IMG/VR virus record: IMGVR_UViG_2706796243_000001
Source: a virus
Taxonomy: Duplodnaviria; Heunggongvirae; Uroviricota; Caudoviricetes
Reading direction: 5' to 3' (one strand)
Length of the DNA stretch: 64,000 nt
The notes beneath the pieces were generated by a model that saw only the letters and a list, made by a program, of their open reading frames with translations, was not told where the DNA came from and did no database searches. Every line of letters begins with the position of its first letter. The stretch's first letter is position 1. Positions 1-9,219 of the stretch are shown here, one piece after another. The position numbers were made by a program, and so were the translations under genes.

Positions 1-1
1 T

Positions 2-295
2 TACACCCTCACAGCCTACCGTGGTAAAGCTCCCAACGCCTTAAGCAGGGTATTGCAAGCAATGAACCTACCGTTCATTTATGACAAATATTTCCCAACC
101 AACTCTCCTTTTGCATACTCGTCCTCTTCGACAATTTCTCGTTTAAGAGTTCCATTGAATATGCAGAAGTTTGAAACCCGTGCTGTTGTCTTGATCACAT
201 TTAACGTGTGCTTCATCGAAACAGATACCGGAGCTTTCGAAGAACTGGAGAAGATCAACGCTCAACTCGTTTATCACTACCCAGCAGAAGGCTAA
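2..295 (+). CDS. 5'-truncated CDS, probable neck/tail-terminator protein
   Basis: Frame open from base 2 to TAA at 293-295 (the track starts at an internal Met, 53); lies directly upstream of the sheath. Confidence 0.6.
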   Translation, partial: YTLTAYRGKAPNALSRVLQAMNLPFIYDKYFPTNSPFAYSSSSTISRLRVPLNMQKFETRAVVLITFNVCFIETDTGAFEELEKINAQLVYHYPAEG

Positions 296-306
296 AGAAA
301 ACCACT

Positions 307-395
307 CGGTTATTGATAAGCACTGGCTTATTAGTGATCGTATAGGGGGCGCAAGCCCCCAGAATACAGCACAAAGAGGTGCTGGTCAATAACTG
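307..395 (+). promoter_or_regulatory. Structured RNA leader (four-way junction) upstream of tail sheath
   Basis: 307-316 CGGTTATTGA pairs with 386-395 TCAATAACTG and encloses hairpins 317-330, 345-360 (GCAA loop) and 367-384. Confidence 0.55.
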
Positions 396-424
396 TATGT
401 ACAGAAATAAAGAAGAGGAAACCG

Positions 425-1837
425 ATGGCTTATAATGACAAGGTGGTTGACGTTACAGTCACGCTTGGTACTCAACCAATCGACACCAAAGGGTTTGAAA
501 CCCCGCTGTTCCTGGCTATCCACAACGTCTTCCCTGAACGTTTTCGCGCTTATACCGAACTCGATCAGCTTGTAGATGATGGATTCGCTCCAGGTTCCCC
601 AGCTTACACCTTTGCAACAAAAGCGTTTGCTGGTACATTCCGTCCTCAGTACCTGATGATTGGTCGTCAAGCGTTTACCAATACCATCGTGGACTTCACA
701 GGACAAACAAACACTGATACCGAAAACCCGGTGGCTCTGAACGTAGTTTCCGGAGCTTATCAGACCAGCGTTATTCTTTCAGTGACTGGTGCATCTACCC
801 CAAGCTCTCTGGCAACTGCCCTGGCAGCAGCCCTTAATGGTGATGCAACTCTGACAACTGTTCTGACTGCTACGGCAAGCGCAGGCGTTGTAACCATCGC
901 TCCAAAAGATGATGGTACTTTCAGTATTGGTCGTGACAGCGGTAACATGACAATCACAAACTCCTCAAGTGAAACTGTGTCGTCTGTTCTGCCACAAGTC
1001 CTGACTGCAACTGAGAACTGGTACTTCCTGAGCACTGAATCTCACACCAACGCTTCAATCCTTGGTGCTGCTGCTTTCGCTGCTGCAAACTACAAGCTGC
1101 ACGTTTATTCAACTGCTGACGAACTGGTTAAGACTGCTGGTAGCAACTCCATTGCTAACCAACTGAAAGCACTCCAGTACGATACTACCATCGGCATGTA
1201 CGATCCTCTTGCTGATAGCGCATTCCCAGAGGGTGGAATTATCGGTGCAATGGCTTCCAACGACCCTTCTTATGGTGACTCAATCCACCTGAAGACAATG
1301 GAAGGTGTTATCGCTCCAACTCTGAGTGTGAGTGATCGCATGACCATTTGGGACCAGAATCTGAACTTCTACCGTATGATTAACGGTGTTGGTTCCTTCT
1401 ACGAAGGTAAGTGTGCTTCTGGTAACTACGTTGACGTTGTTCGTTTCGGTCACTGGCTGAAATTCCGTACAGAAGAAAGTGTGTTTGGATACATGTCTCG
1501 CCGTTCTAACATGGGTCTCTCCATGAAGATGAGTGATGACGATCTTCCTAACCTGAAATCTGTCATGATGAACAACCCGATCAACGTTGGTATTGCAAAC
1601 GGGTCTATCCTTACTGGATACGATGACGTTAACAAAGTGTTCTACGATCCGGTGATCACAATCCCGCTTCGTGCGAACATCCCGACTAACGATCTGGCTG
1701 CTCGTACTCTGAACAACGTGAAAGTGGAGCTTGTGTACAACACGCCACTGCACTTCGTTAAGATCCGCATGACCGTTCTGTTAGATAAAACAGGGTCTAA
1801 TTCCGGAAACGGTCAGACTGTAACAGCAGGAGTGTAA
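425..1837 (+). CDS. Tail sheath protein (DUF3383-like)
   Basis: 470 aa; sheath-type N-terminus (VDVTVTLGTQPI..GFETPLFL, AFAGTFRP..LMIGR) and C-terminus (YVDVVRFGHWLK); precedes the tube gene; GAGG SD. Confidence 0.9.
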   Translation: MAYNDKVVDVTVTLGTQPIDTKGFETPLFLAIHNVFPERFRAYTELDQLVDDGFAPGSPAYTFATKAFAGTFRPQYLMIGRQAFTNTIVDFTGQTNTDTENPVALNVVSGAYQTSVILSVTGASTPSSLATALAAALNGDATLTTVLTATASAGVVTIAPKDDGTFSIGRDSGNMTITNSSSETVSSVLPQVLTATENWYFLSTESHTNASILGAAAFAAANYKLHVYSTADELVKTAGSNSIANQLKALQYDTTIGMYDPLADSAFPEGGIIGAMASNDPSYGDSIHLKTMEGVIAPTLSVSDRMTIWDQNLNFYRMINGVGSFYEGKCASGNYVDVVRFGHWLKFRTEESVFGYMSRRSNMGLSMKMSDDDLPNLKSVMMNNPINVGIANGSILTGYDDVNKVFYDPVITIPLRANIPTNDLAARTLNNVKVELVYNTPLHFVKIRMTVLLDKTGSNSGNGQTVTAGV

Positions 1838-1840
1838 TAA

Positions 1841-2314
1841 ATGGATACAGCTATCCTAACGCCGTATGCGTATGACCCTAAAAAAGTCAAACTGTACCTG
1901 ATGACCCAGCGTGTGACTGGTTTCGCCGCAGATACTAAAATCGTCGTTGCCCGTAACGAAGATAACATCATCCCCCACATGGGGGTTGATGGTGAGTTAT
2001 CCGCCGCACTGTCACGTAACCAATCTGGTGTCATGACGGTTTCCCTTCAGAACACTGCTTCTTGGAACGGAAACTTTGCAAACTGGCAGAAACAAGCCTC
2101 TATCACCGGACTGATTTTCTTCCCTGTCCTTCTTGAAGGTTCTCAGGGTATGGGACTCAGCACCATCGGTTGGATTCAGAAACAACCAGACCTGACCTAC
2201 GGAACAGAAGTGGGCCAGATGGACTGGGAAATCGGTATCCTTGATGCTTGGTTAAGCCCAGATACTCTGTCTTCCGCAGGCTTCGGTCTTGCTGGCCTGA
2301 CTGGTATCGTTTAA
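1841..2314 (+). CDS. Tail tube protein (DUF3277-like)
   Basis: 157 aa directly after the sheath; AYDPKKV, GVDGE...RNQSGVMTVSLQNT motifs. Confidence 0.85.
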   Translation: MDTAILTPYAYDPKKVKLYLMTQRVTGFAADTKIVVARNEDNIIPHMGVDGELSAALSRNQSGVMTVSLQNTASWNGNFANWQKQASITGLIFFPVLLEGSQGMGLSTIGWIQKQPDLTYGTEVGQMDWEIGILDAWLSPDTLSSAGFGLAGLTGIV

Positions 2315-2388
2315 GTGTTTCGTGTGCCACATGGACGTGGCCTTTATACACGCATGGATAACTCAACCACAAAGACGCAGGAGCGTAC

Positions 2389-2862
2389 ATGAATATCAGA
2401 CCGACAACTGAAATCGACCTCGCAGGTCACAACTTCATTATCACGCACTGGTCTCCAACGAAGGTCATGAAAAACCTTCCGAAGATCGGTCGTTATGTAG
2501 CAGTCCCAATGGCAACCATTTCTGGTTCCATGATGACTGGAGGCCAGAACCTTTCTGATGCCCTCCCTACAGCTATTCTATACCTCTTTGAACAGATGGA
2601 GCAAGATGATCTCGAAAAACTTTTCGCATTGATTCTTGAAGATGTATCCGTTGATGGTATGGCGGGTAAAGTAGATATTGACGCTCTGTTCCAAGACAAA
2701 ATGTTAGACCTCATCAAGCTGGTTGCTAAAGTTCTGGAGATTAACTACGGCTGTTTTTTCACGAAAGACGGTTTCGCAGACCTTCAGGGACTTCTGGGAC
2801 GCCTGGGACAGACCCATCAAGTGAACTCGGTGGATCAGGCAATGGAAGTGGCAGCGGAGTAA
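2389..2862 (+). CDS. Tail assembly chaperone (gpG-like)
   Basis: Between tube and tape measure; contains NYGCFF over a slippery T-run. Confidence 0.85.
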   Translation: MNIRPTTEIDLAGHNFIITHWSPTKVMKNLPKIGRYVAVPMATISGSMMTGGQNLSDALPTAILYLFEQMEQDDLEKLFALILEDVSVDGMAGKVDIDALFQDKMLDLIKLVAKVLEINYGCFFTKDGFADLQGLLGRLGQTHQVNSVDQAMEVAAE

Positions 2863-3140
2863 CACCGTCCAAAATTTCGAAAGTCGTCCTGAGAGCTATG
2901 GATTATGCAAAGAAAAATAGCTCACTGACTTGGTTCGATTACTTATGGTGTCGTGCTCTGAAAAACTTCAAGGGGGAATCCTATAGCTCCCTTGAATCTG
3001 CTGATATGGCCTATCTGCTCAAGCTGAATGAATACCTCGATGTGGAAGAATTCGTTTCTGATGTCCACGAAAGAGAGGAAGAAAGTAAAGCAAGGGCTAA
3101 TCAAGCTGCAAACAGGCCGCGCCGTGGTAGAAGAGGTTAA
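2389..3140 (+). CDS. Frameshifted tail chaperone (gpGT-like, about 250 aa); includes track ORF 2898..3140
   Basis: 124 codons in frame 0 plus 126 codons in the -1 frame, joined by a Gly/Ser-rich linker. Confidence 0.8.
2754..2760 (+). promoter_or_regulatory. -1 programmed frameshift slippery site T TTT TTC
   Basis: X XXY YYZ heptamer; the -1 frame is open from 2745 (after TAA 2742-2744) to 3140. Confidence 0.85.
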
Positions 3141-3144
3141 TCTC

Positions 3145-3178
3145 AAGCCGGGTTCCTTTTCGGGAGCCTGGCTTTTTT
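3145..3178 (+). terminator. Rho-independent terminator before tape measure
   Basis: AAGCCGGGTTCC..GGAGCCTGGCTT stem followed by a T-run. Confidence 0.75.
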
Positions 3179-3193
3179 ATTGAGAGGGAATCA

Positions 3194-5581
3194 ATGGCGA
3201 ATATTATCGTAACCCAGACAGTCAACAAAGTCACATGGGACGTGGACAGGACTTCTTTCGGTCGTGCCATGAAAGCTGTGAAGTCTTTGAAGAGTGAATG
3301 GGAAAAAGCTGGCAGGGCGTTCTCTTCCAGTAAGACTGATCCAGCAGCAACATTAAGACGTTCTGCAATGCAGGCACGTCTTGTCAACAAAAGATTACAA
3401 CAAACGGAACGTGCAGAGCAAGCGAAAACTACAGCCCATGCTATTGCAATGGCTAAGAAAGAAGCTCGCGCCCGTGAGTCAATAGACAAAATTCAAAGAG
3501 CGAGAAGAAAACAAGCGGTAGCTCAACTGACAGCGAAAAGATCCCCTGAATCTCAGGCTGATTATAATGGGCTAAAAGCACGTCTTCGTCAAATGGAGAA
3601 GACCGGGGTCAATACTTACGGTTCAAACCCAGCAATCGCTGCGGCAAGACAAGCAGCTTACCAACAACAGCTTGCAAACAGAACCAAGTCTGGTAACGCT
3701 TCAGGTATGGTTGGTAAAGGAGGGTTTTCAGATCCTGATTTAGTTGCTCGCCAAACTCGTGCTATGAACCAAAGTGTTCAGCGTGAGCAGGCGAAGGCAT
3801 CCAAAGAACAGATCCGCGCCCGTGAACAAGCTCGAAAGAGACAAGAAGCAGAAGACCTTCGTTACTCTCGTTATCTTGCAGGGAAGGAATCCACGGTTGC
3901 GAATGCGTCAACTCGTCTTCGTGCAAAGTATGGTGATAACTATGCAAGTAAGCTGAAGGGATTTGATTCTTTAAAAGAAAGATTCCTTGACAGCAACACC
4001 ATGAGGTCGTCAAACTTCCGTGCTGAACTTGCTGCAATGGAAACAAGTCTCCGCAGAGCGAATGCGAGTACACTGTCTTTTAACGATGGTATGAGAAATC
4101 TTCGCAGTACGTTGATCAGTGTTTCTGCTGCATATGGGGCATTTAATGCTGCGGCAAGTGTGGTCAAGACAGGCCAATTGTTCCAAGGTATGGAAGCAAC
4201 CATGCTCATGGTTTCTGATGACTCCGCAGAAGCTGGTAAGCGTTTGCAGTTTGTTCGTGATCAATCTTATCGTTTAGGTCTTGATCTTAAGACTGCTGCT
4301 CAAGGCTACACCCAGATGTCCATCGCGGCTGATGGGGTTCTGAGTAAAAGTCAGAACGATGAACTGTTCAAAGGATTCTCTGAATATGCAACAGCCCTTC
4401 AGGTTGACCCAGTTAAATATCAACGTGGTATCACTGCGCTTCAACAGATGATGGGTAAAGGCCAGATCATGGCTGAAGAATTGAAGCAACAGCTTGCTGA
4501 AGGTATTCCAGGCTCCATGCAGGTGTTTGTTAAGGCTACACAAGAAGCTTTCAACGACACCACCATTGATGTTGGTAAGTTAATGGATATGATGAAGAAC
4601 GGTGAACTGAAAGCAGCTAAAATCCTTCCTTTTGTTGCCAAGTATTATGCAGAAGCAGCAAACAAGGGCGGGGCGCTTCAGAAGGCTATGCAAAGTAACC
4701 GTGTGGCTATGCAACGTCTCAGTCTGACATGGATGGACTTTCAGAACAAAATCTTCATGAGTGGTTTTGGTGAGGCATTGACAGGGGCATTTAATGAGCT
4801 TGCAAAAATCCTTGACTCCAATGGAACACTTGCTCAGAATATGGGACAATTCTTTGCTGGATTCACAGAAGGTTTCATGGAGATGGTGTATACTGTCTAC
4901 AATACCTTTGTGTTAATTCAGGCATTGATGGAACGTTACATTCCTATTTTCCGTAAGAACGGAGAGGATTTATCTTCTGCGTGGAAATGGGTTGGTTGGG
5001 GTATTGGTGCATTGTTCTTTGCTTCCTCTCTGATTCGAGTATTTAACATACTCACCAAAATTGCTGGACTGGCAGGAGCACTTAAATTCCTGACTGGCAT
5101 TTTTGGTGGTGGAAATGAAGATGGAGAGGGGGGTGATAGAAGAAGAAGAAATGGACCAAGGCTCGGCAGGATGGGTAAAGTTGCCCGTTGGCTTGGTATT
5201 TATGGTCTGATTGCTGGGGAAAGTATGCTTGCTGGAGACTATGTGTTTGATCAAGCACAAGACTACAGTGAATCAACTTACGGCACAGAAACTACCGCAG
5301 GTGGTAACCTTTACAAAAACTCTTGGTTAGGCAAGACTTGGGATTTCATCACTGGTCAAAGAGCGATGACAGACCAAAGACGTCTTGATTATCTCAACCA
5401 AGAAGGTCTGATGCCTGGCGCTGCACCATCCGCTGCCGTTCCAACGGTCATCCCTACCGAACCTGTGAGTGGTGAGATCACAATCAAACTCGACGCAGGT
5501 GAGATGAAGAATATGATCGACCAGCAGATTGAAGCTGCAAATATGGGTAACATCAACTTAATCCTTGGTGTCCCGCAGTAA
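3194..5581 (+). CDS. Tape measure protein
   Basis: 795 aa; Ala/Gln/Arg-rich helical N-half, tape-measure motif (LGLDLKTAAQGYTQM..ALQQMMGKGQIMAEELKQQL), hydrophobic C-terminal helices. Confidence 0.9.
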   Translation: MANIIVTQTVNKVTWDVDRTSFGRAMKAVKSLKSEWEKAGRAFSSSKTDPAATLRRSAMQARLVNKRLQQTERAEQAKTTAHAIAMAKKEARARESIDKIQRARRKQAVAQLTAKRSPESQADYNGLKARLRQMEKTGVNTYGSNPAIAAARQAAYQQQLANRTKSGNASGMVGKGGFSDPDLVARQTRAMNQSVQREQAKASKEQIRAREQARKRQEAEDLRYSRYLAGKESTVANASTRLRAKYGDNYASKLKGFDSLKERFLDSNTMRSSNFRAELAAMETSLRRANASTLSFNDGMRNLRSTLISVSAAYGAFNAAASVVKTGQLFQGMEATMLMVSDDSAEAGKRLQFVRDQSYRLGLDLKTAAQGYTQMSIAADGVLSKSQNDELFKGFSEYATALQVDPVKYQRGITALQQMMGKGQIMAEELKQQLAEGIPGSMQVFVKATQEAFNDTTIDVGKLMDMMKNGELKAAKILPFVAKYYAEAANKGGALQKAMQSNRVAMQRLSLTWMDFQNKIFMSGFGEALTGAFNELAKILDSNGTLAQNMGQFFAGFTEGFMEMVYTVYNTFVLIQALMERYIPIFRKNGEDLSSAWKWVGWGIGALFFASSLIRVFNILTKIAGLAGALKFLTGIFGGGNEDGEGGDRRRRNGPRLGRMGKVARWLGIYGLIAGESMLAGDYVFDQAQDYSESTYGTETTAGGNLYKNSWLGKTWDFITGQRAMTDQRRLDYLNQEGLMPGAAPSAAVPTVIPTEPVSGEITIKLDAGEMKNMIDQQIEAANMGNINLILGVPQ

Positions 5582-5585
5582 TTTA

Positions 5586-5607
5586 AAGGGGCTTCGGCCC
5601 CTTTTTT
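5586..5607 (+). terminator. Terminator AAGGGGC-TTCG-GCCCCTTTT
   Basis: Perfect stem, UUCG loop, T6 tract; identical 20-mer at 14837-14856. Confidence 0.9.
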
Positions 5608-5626
5608 ATTGTTTTATCTGAAGATT

Positions 5627-5645
5627 TATGATAAAATCGTAACAT
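5627..5645 (+). promoter_or_regulatory. Putative late promoter motif TATGATAAAAT.G.AACAT (copy 1)
   Basis: 17/19 identical to 14888-14906; contains extended -10-like TGaTAAAAT. Confidence 0.6.
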
Positions 5646-5662
5646 GTATAATGGGAGGACTC

Positions 5663-6535
5663 ATGGCGTTTGTATCAAATAACCAGTCCAAACCGCAGCA
5701 AGGTAAAGCCACGGCTAACGTTGAAAAGAAGGTCAACACAGCCCAAGAAGCGAGCGGTGAGGTAAAATATACGCTCTTTGCCAGTGGTTTAAATTACGGC
5801 GGAAGAAACGTAGAGCTTAAAGACAAAAACTACACCAACGATCTCGCAATAATTTTCGACGTTGTTGAACAACACTCTTACACCCGTACAGTTGATAAGT
5901 CATCATATGCTGTTGAAGAGAAGGTAAAATTTAGTGACCACGGTGTGATCGAAGATGGAAAATTTTCCTTCAGTGCCAGAGTGAACTCATCTCCTGTTTA
6001 CCTTATCCAGAACAACTATATCGATAAAGATACCGACGACCAAAACCCTGTGGCCTCAAGAAGACCGGAAAAAGCGCTGGAGGTTCTTGAAAGGTTGATT
6101 GAGGATCGTCAACTGGTAACCTTGGTGACCGAAGATAAGATCATTGAGAACTATATCCTCACATCGATGGAGGCTTCAAGAAGCAACTCTGATGGTGCTG
6201 CTCTTGTATTCCAGCTTGAATTTACTGAGTTTCGTACATTTACCCTGGGTAAAACAGCGCTTGCCACGGTTTATTCTGACCCTAAAAAATCAGGTGGTAA
6301 GACAAAGCAAAAAGGTTCTGTTCAATCTTCCGCAACAGACCAAGAGATTGAGGTTACAGCCCGTAGGACTAAGTTCGCAGGAAATGGTAAGGATGGATGG
6401 CAAGCAATTGCTGATTCAATGGATACTGGAAACTTTACCAAGCAAGACCAAGTTGTTGGTGTGATGACCCCAGATGGTAAGATTAGGACTCCAGAAGGCT
6501 CCATTATTGATTACGATAAGGCGGTAGGTAAATAA
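5663..6535 (+). CDS. Baseplate/tail-initiator (Dit-like) protein
   Basis: Follows the TMP; FDVVEQHSY...YAVEE...SDH motif; start moved to ATG 5663 on GGAGG SD. Confidence 0.7.
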   Translation: MAFVSNNQSKPQQGKATANVEKKVNTAQEASGEVKYTLFASGLNYGGRNVELKDKNYTNDLAIIFDVVEQHSYTRTVDKSSYAVEEKVKFSDHGVIEDGKFSFSARVNSSPVYLIQNNYIDKDTDDQNPVASRRPEKALEVLERLIEDRQLVTLVTEDKIIENYILTSMEASRSNSDGAALVFQLEFTEFRTFTLGKTALATVYSDPKKSGGKTKQKGSVQSSATDQEIEVTARRTKFAGNGKDGWQAIADSMDTGNFTKQDQVVGVMTPDGKIRTPEGSIIDYDKAVGK

Positions 6536-6888
6536 TGTCAAAGATCACATTCTCATGGGATATTGATGGTTTTGCTGACCAAACTATGCGTGTGGTATTG
6601 GACAGTCAAACATACGAGATGAGATTCCAGTGGAACGAGAGAGATGAATCTTGGCTCGTTTCATTTGGGGATGTTGGCTCTGATCCAACCATCTCTTTCA
6701 AATTAACAACAATTTTCGACATCTTTGCCCCTTTTAAATATTTGGAAAACATTCCTTCAGGGCAACTGCGTGTCTTTTCATTCACCCAGTCAACCAAACG
6801 TGTGGGGAGATACAATATCGGGTTCTTGTCTGACTTGCAACTCCTTTATTCATCTCCTGACGACGAGGTAACTGAAGACGAGGATTAA
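6535..6888 (+). CDS. Baseplate protein
   Basis: 117 aa; LDSQTYEMRFQWNERDESW motif of small myovirus baseplate proteins; TAATG coupling. Confidence 0.7.
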   Translation: MSKITFSWDIDGFADQTMRVVLDSQTYEMRFQWNERDESWLVSFGDVGSDPTISFKLTTIFDIFAPFKYLENIPSGQLRVFSFTQSTKRVGRYNIGFLSDLQLLYSSPDDEVTEDED

Positions 6889-6891
6889 CAG

Positions 6892-7881
6892 ATGCCGACT
6901 TACAGAACACGTACATTCAGACTCACCATTGGCAAACCTGTTTATATTGGACAGAAACCAACGAACATCTCTGATTATACCAACCAAGATACAAAAAACG
7001 CGTATGTTGTCAGTAACGAAACAGGCGCTGCAAACATCGAGTTTGAGGTGAAGAAGGATAACTCCAAAGACCCGAATAAAGGTTATGTCACGCTTTATAA
7101 CCTGAGTGACGAAACAGTTAGTTATCTTGATGCTAACCAGAGAGAGTCTATTGCCATTGTTCTTGAGGCGGGGTTTGATGGTGAAAACCAGATGATTTTT
7201 TCAGGGACTGTTGAGTTTGTCCAGGATAAATGGGATGGACACACCAGACAAACAAAGATGATCCTGGGTGATGCAACGACCAACATTATGACTGCAAAGA
7301 CCGCTAGGTCTTATAAGAAGGGGACTCCTCTTGATACAGTTCTTAACGACCTTATCTCAGACTTGAAATTACCAATTGGGAAGGTTGTTAAGTTCGGTGG
7401 TCAGACTCTCCAGCAGTCAATGGCTTTCACAGGTAACGCTGCGAACAATCTTGAAAGGCTGGCGAAGAATACTGGATCAACATTCAGTGTTCAAGATGGT
7501 GCAGTTTACTGGACAACACAAGGCAAGAGGTTTAAGACGGCTGTTTTTGAGATCAGTGCAGAGTCAGGTATGCATGATTCACCAACCCCGCAAAACCCTG
7601 AACCAGCAAAGCGTAGGCTGGAAAAGAAAAGTAAATCCAAAAAGAAACCAAAAACCAACAAAGGTCCAAGTCGTGCCGAGATCAGAGAAGACGCAGGTCT
7701 TGTTGTGGTGACAGAGCTTAATGGTGCGATCATTCCTGAAAGCACGATTTACCTGAAAAGTCAGAAATACACAGGGTTTTATAAAGTTGTGTACCTGACC
7801 CACAAAGGGCAACTTGAGGGTGGTGATTGGGTGTCTGAGATCGGTCTTGCAGAAACCCGTGGTGGAGTAGTGGAGGAATAA
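6892..7881 (+). CDS. Baseplate hub protein
   Basis: 329 aa; IEFEVKK..PNKGYVTLYNLS, LEAGF, FSVQDG, GFYKV..LTHKG motifs. Confidence 0.8.
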   Translation: MPTYRTRTFRLTIGKPVYIGQKPTNISDYTNQDTKNAYVVSNETGAANIEFEVKKDNSKDPNKGYVTLYNLSDETVSYLDANQRESIAIVLEAGFDGENQMIFSGTVEFVQDKWDGHTRQTKMILGDATTNIMTAKTARSYKKGTPLDTVLNDLISDLKLPIGKVVKFGGQTLQQSMAFTGNAANNLERLAKNTGSTFSVQDGAVYWTTQGKRFKTAVFEISAESGMHDSPTPQNPEPAKRRLEKKSKSKKKPKTNKGPSRAEIREDAGLVVVTELNGAIIPESTIYLKSQKYTGFYKVVYLTHKGQLEGGDWVSEIGLAETRGGVVEE

Positions 7882-8582
7882 TGGCATCAATTCAACGTAT
7901 GGATGCTGCGCTTAACCAATGGTTCGCAAGGCAAGCTCGCGACATCCACACAGGACTAAGGGCAAGAGTGGTTGATGTGGATTACGCAATCCCTTCTGCC
8001 ACTGTCCAACCCTTAGCCTCAACAAACTTCGACGATGGCACCGTAGACGCATATCCTGCGGTTTTCGATGTCCCGCTATCCATGCCTTCAGCTAATGGAG
8101 GAAAAGCTCGCCTGACGCTTCCTGTGAAGCCTGGTGACGTTGTTGGTCTCTCCTTCTCTGAGCGCAATGAAGGTGACGCTAATGATACGACCACCCACGG
8201 ACTTTTTCCAGGGTGGTCCATTATCGGTGTTCATAGTGATGGCAACGCCATGACTATAGACCCAAACAATGTTGAGTTGTGGAACGACCAAGTTCACTTC
8301 TCCATGACGCCTGAAGGTGATTTCACATTAACTGGTCCGGTTGGAACGTTCATTGTTGATAAAACTGGTCAAATGTCCTTCACCAATGGTGCAGCAACAC
8401 TGACTGCAAAGGTGGATGGGAACATTGAAATGAACGGGGCAAAAGTCACACCAGATGGCAACTTTATTACAGCCCGTGGTGTGAATATGAATGATTTCTA
8501 TGATTGGTTTGTCCGTCATAATCACTTCTACACATGGACAGATGATGGTGGTTCTGGTAATACCAACCCACCCAACAAATAA
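7881..8582 (+). CDS. Baseplate central spike (Gp138/gpV-like)
   Basis: OB-fold N-terminus (ATVQP, DVPL.MP, LTLPVKPGD), beta-repeat, C-terminal HxH (RHNH). Confidence 0.85.
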   Translation: MASIQRMDAALNQWFARQARDIHTGLRARVVDVDYAIPSATVQPLASTNFDDGTVDAYPAVFDVPLSMPSANGGKARLTLPVKPGDVVGLSFSERNEGDANDTTTHGLFPGWSIIGVHSDGNAMTIDPNNVELWNDQVHFSMTPEGDFTLTGPVGTFIVDKTGQMSFTNGAATLTAKVDGNIEMNGAKVTPDGNFITARGVNMNDFYDWFVRHNHFYTWTDDGGSGNTNPPNK

Positions 8583-8591
8583 GAGGTTTAA

Positions 8592-9209
8592 ATGGCAACT
8601 CTTTACTCAGATCTCCTTATGGACCCAGTTACAGGAGACCTTGATGTCTCCTCGGGGCTTAAGCTTATCGAGTCAAACCAGACCAGCCTTCGTCAGCGCC
8701 TGTGGCTAAGATTCAACATTTGGGCTGGTAACTGGTATTTCGATGAGACATTTGGTTTCCCATACCGAGCATATTTAAGCAAAAAAGTAATGAAGACTGT
8801 CCTTGACAATAAGATCAAGGAGGTAACACGTCTTGAACCTGACGTTCTTGAAATCACCTCTTTCTATTCAACTATGGATAGAACAACCCGTAGTTATCAA
8901 GCCTTTTATGAAGTCACAACCAAAGAACAGGAAGTGGTAAGACTCGCTTTTGTAGGTCAAGACGAGTATTATTACCCAACCCCTGATGAAGGTGCAACCG
9001 TTCTTTGTGATGACGATGGTTGGATCACCTGGGCTAACAAACTTTATTACTTGATCAACTTCCGTCTTCCTCGCACTGGCGATGCTACATGGTGGAATAC
9101 TTGGTCTGGTGCTGATATGGATAACCCAATTCCGGTTGGTAGTTTACTTGATGATAAGAATAATATCATCACCACAGAGGATGGCAAGTCCATCAACCGT
9201 AACCACTAA
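8592..9209 (+). CDS. Baseplate wedge/sheath initiator (DUF2634/gp25-like) with C-terminal extension
   Basis: TGDLD, LRQRLWLRFNIWAGNWYFDETFGFPY motifs. Confidence 0.75.
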   Translation: MATLYSDLLMDPVTGDLDVSSGLKLIESNQTSLRQRLWLRFNIWAGNWYFDETFGFPYRAYLSKKVMKTVLDNKIKEVTRLEPDVLEITSFYSTMDRTTRSYQAFYEVTTKEQEVVRLAFVGQDEYYYPTPDEGATVLCDDDGWITWANKLYYLINFRLPRTGDATWWNTWSGADMDNPIPVGSLLDDKNNIITTEDGKSINRNH

Positions 9210-9219
9210 GGGGTGAATA

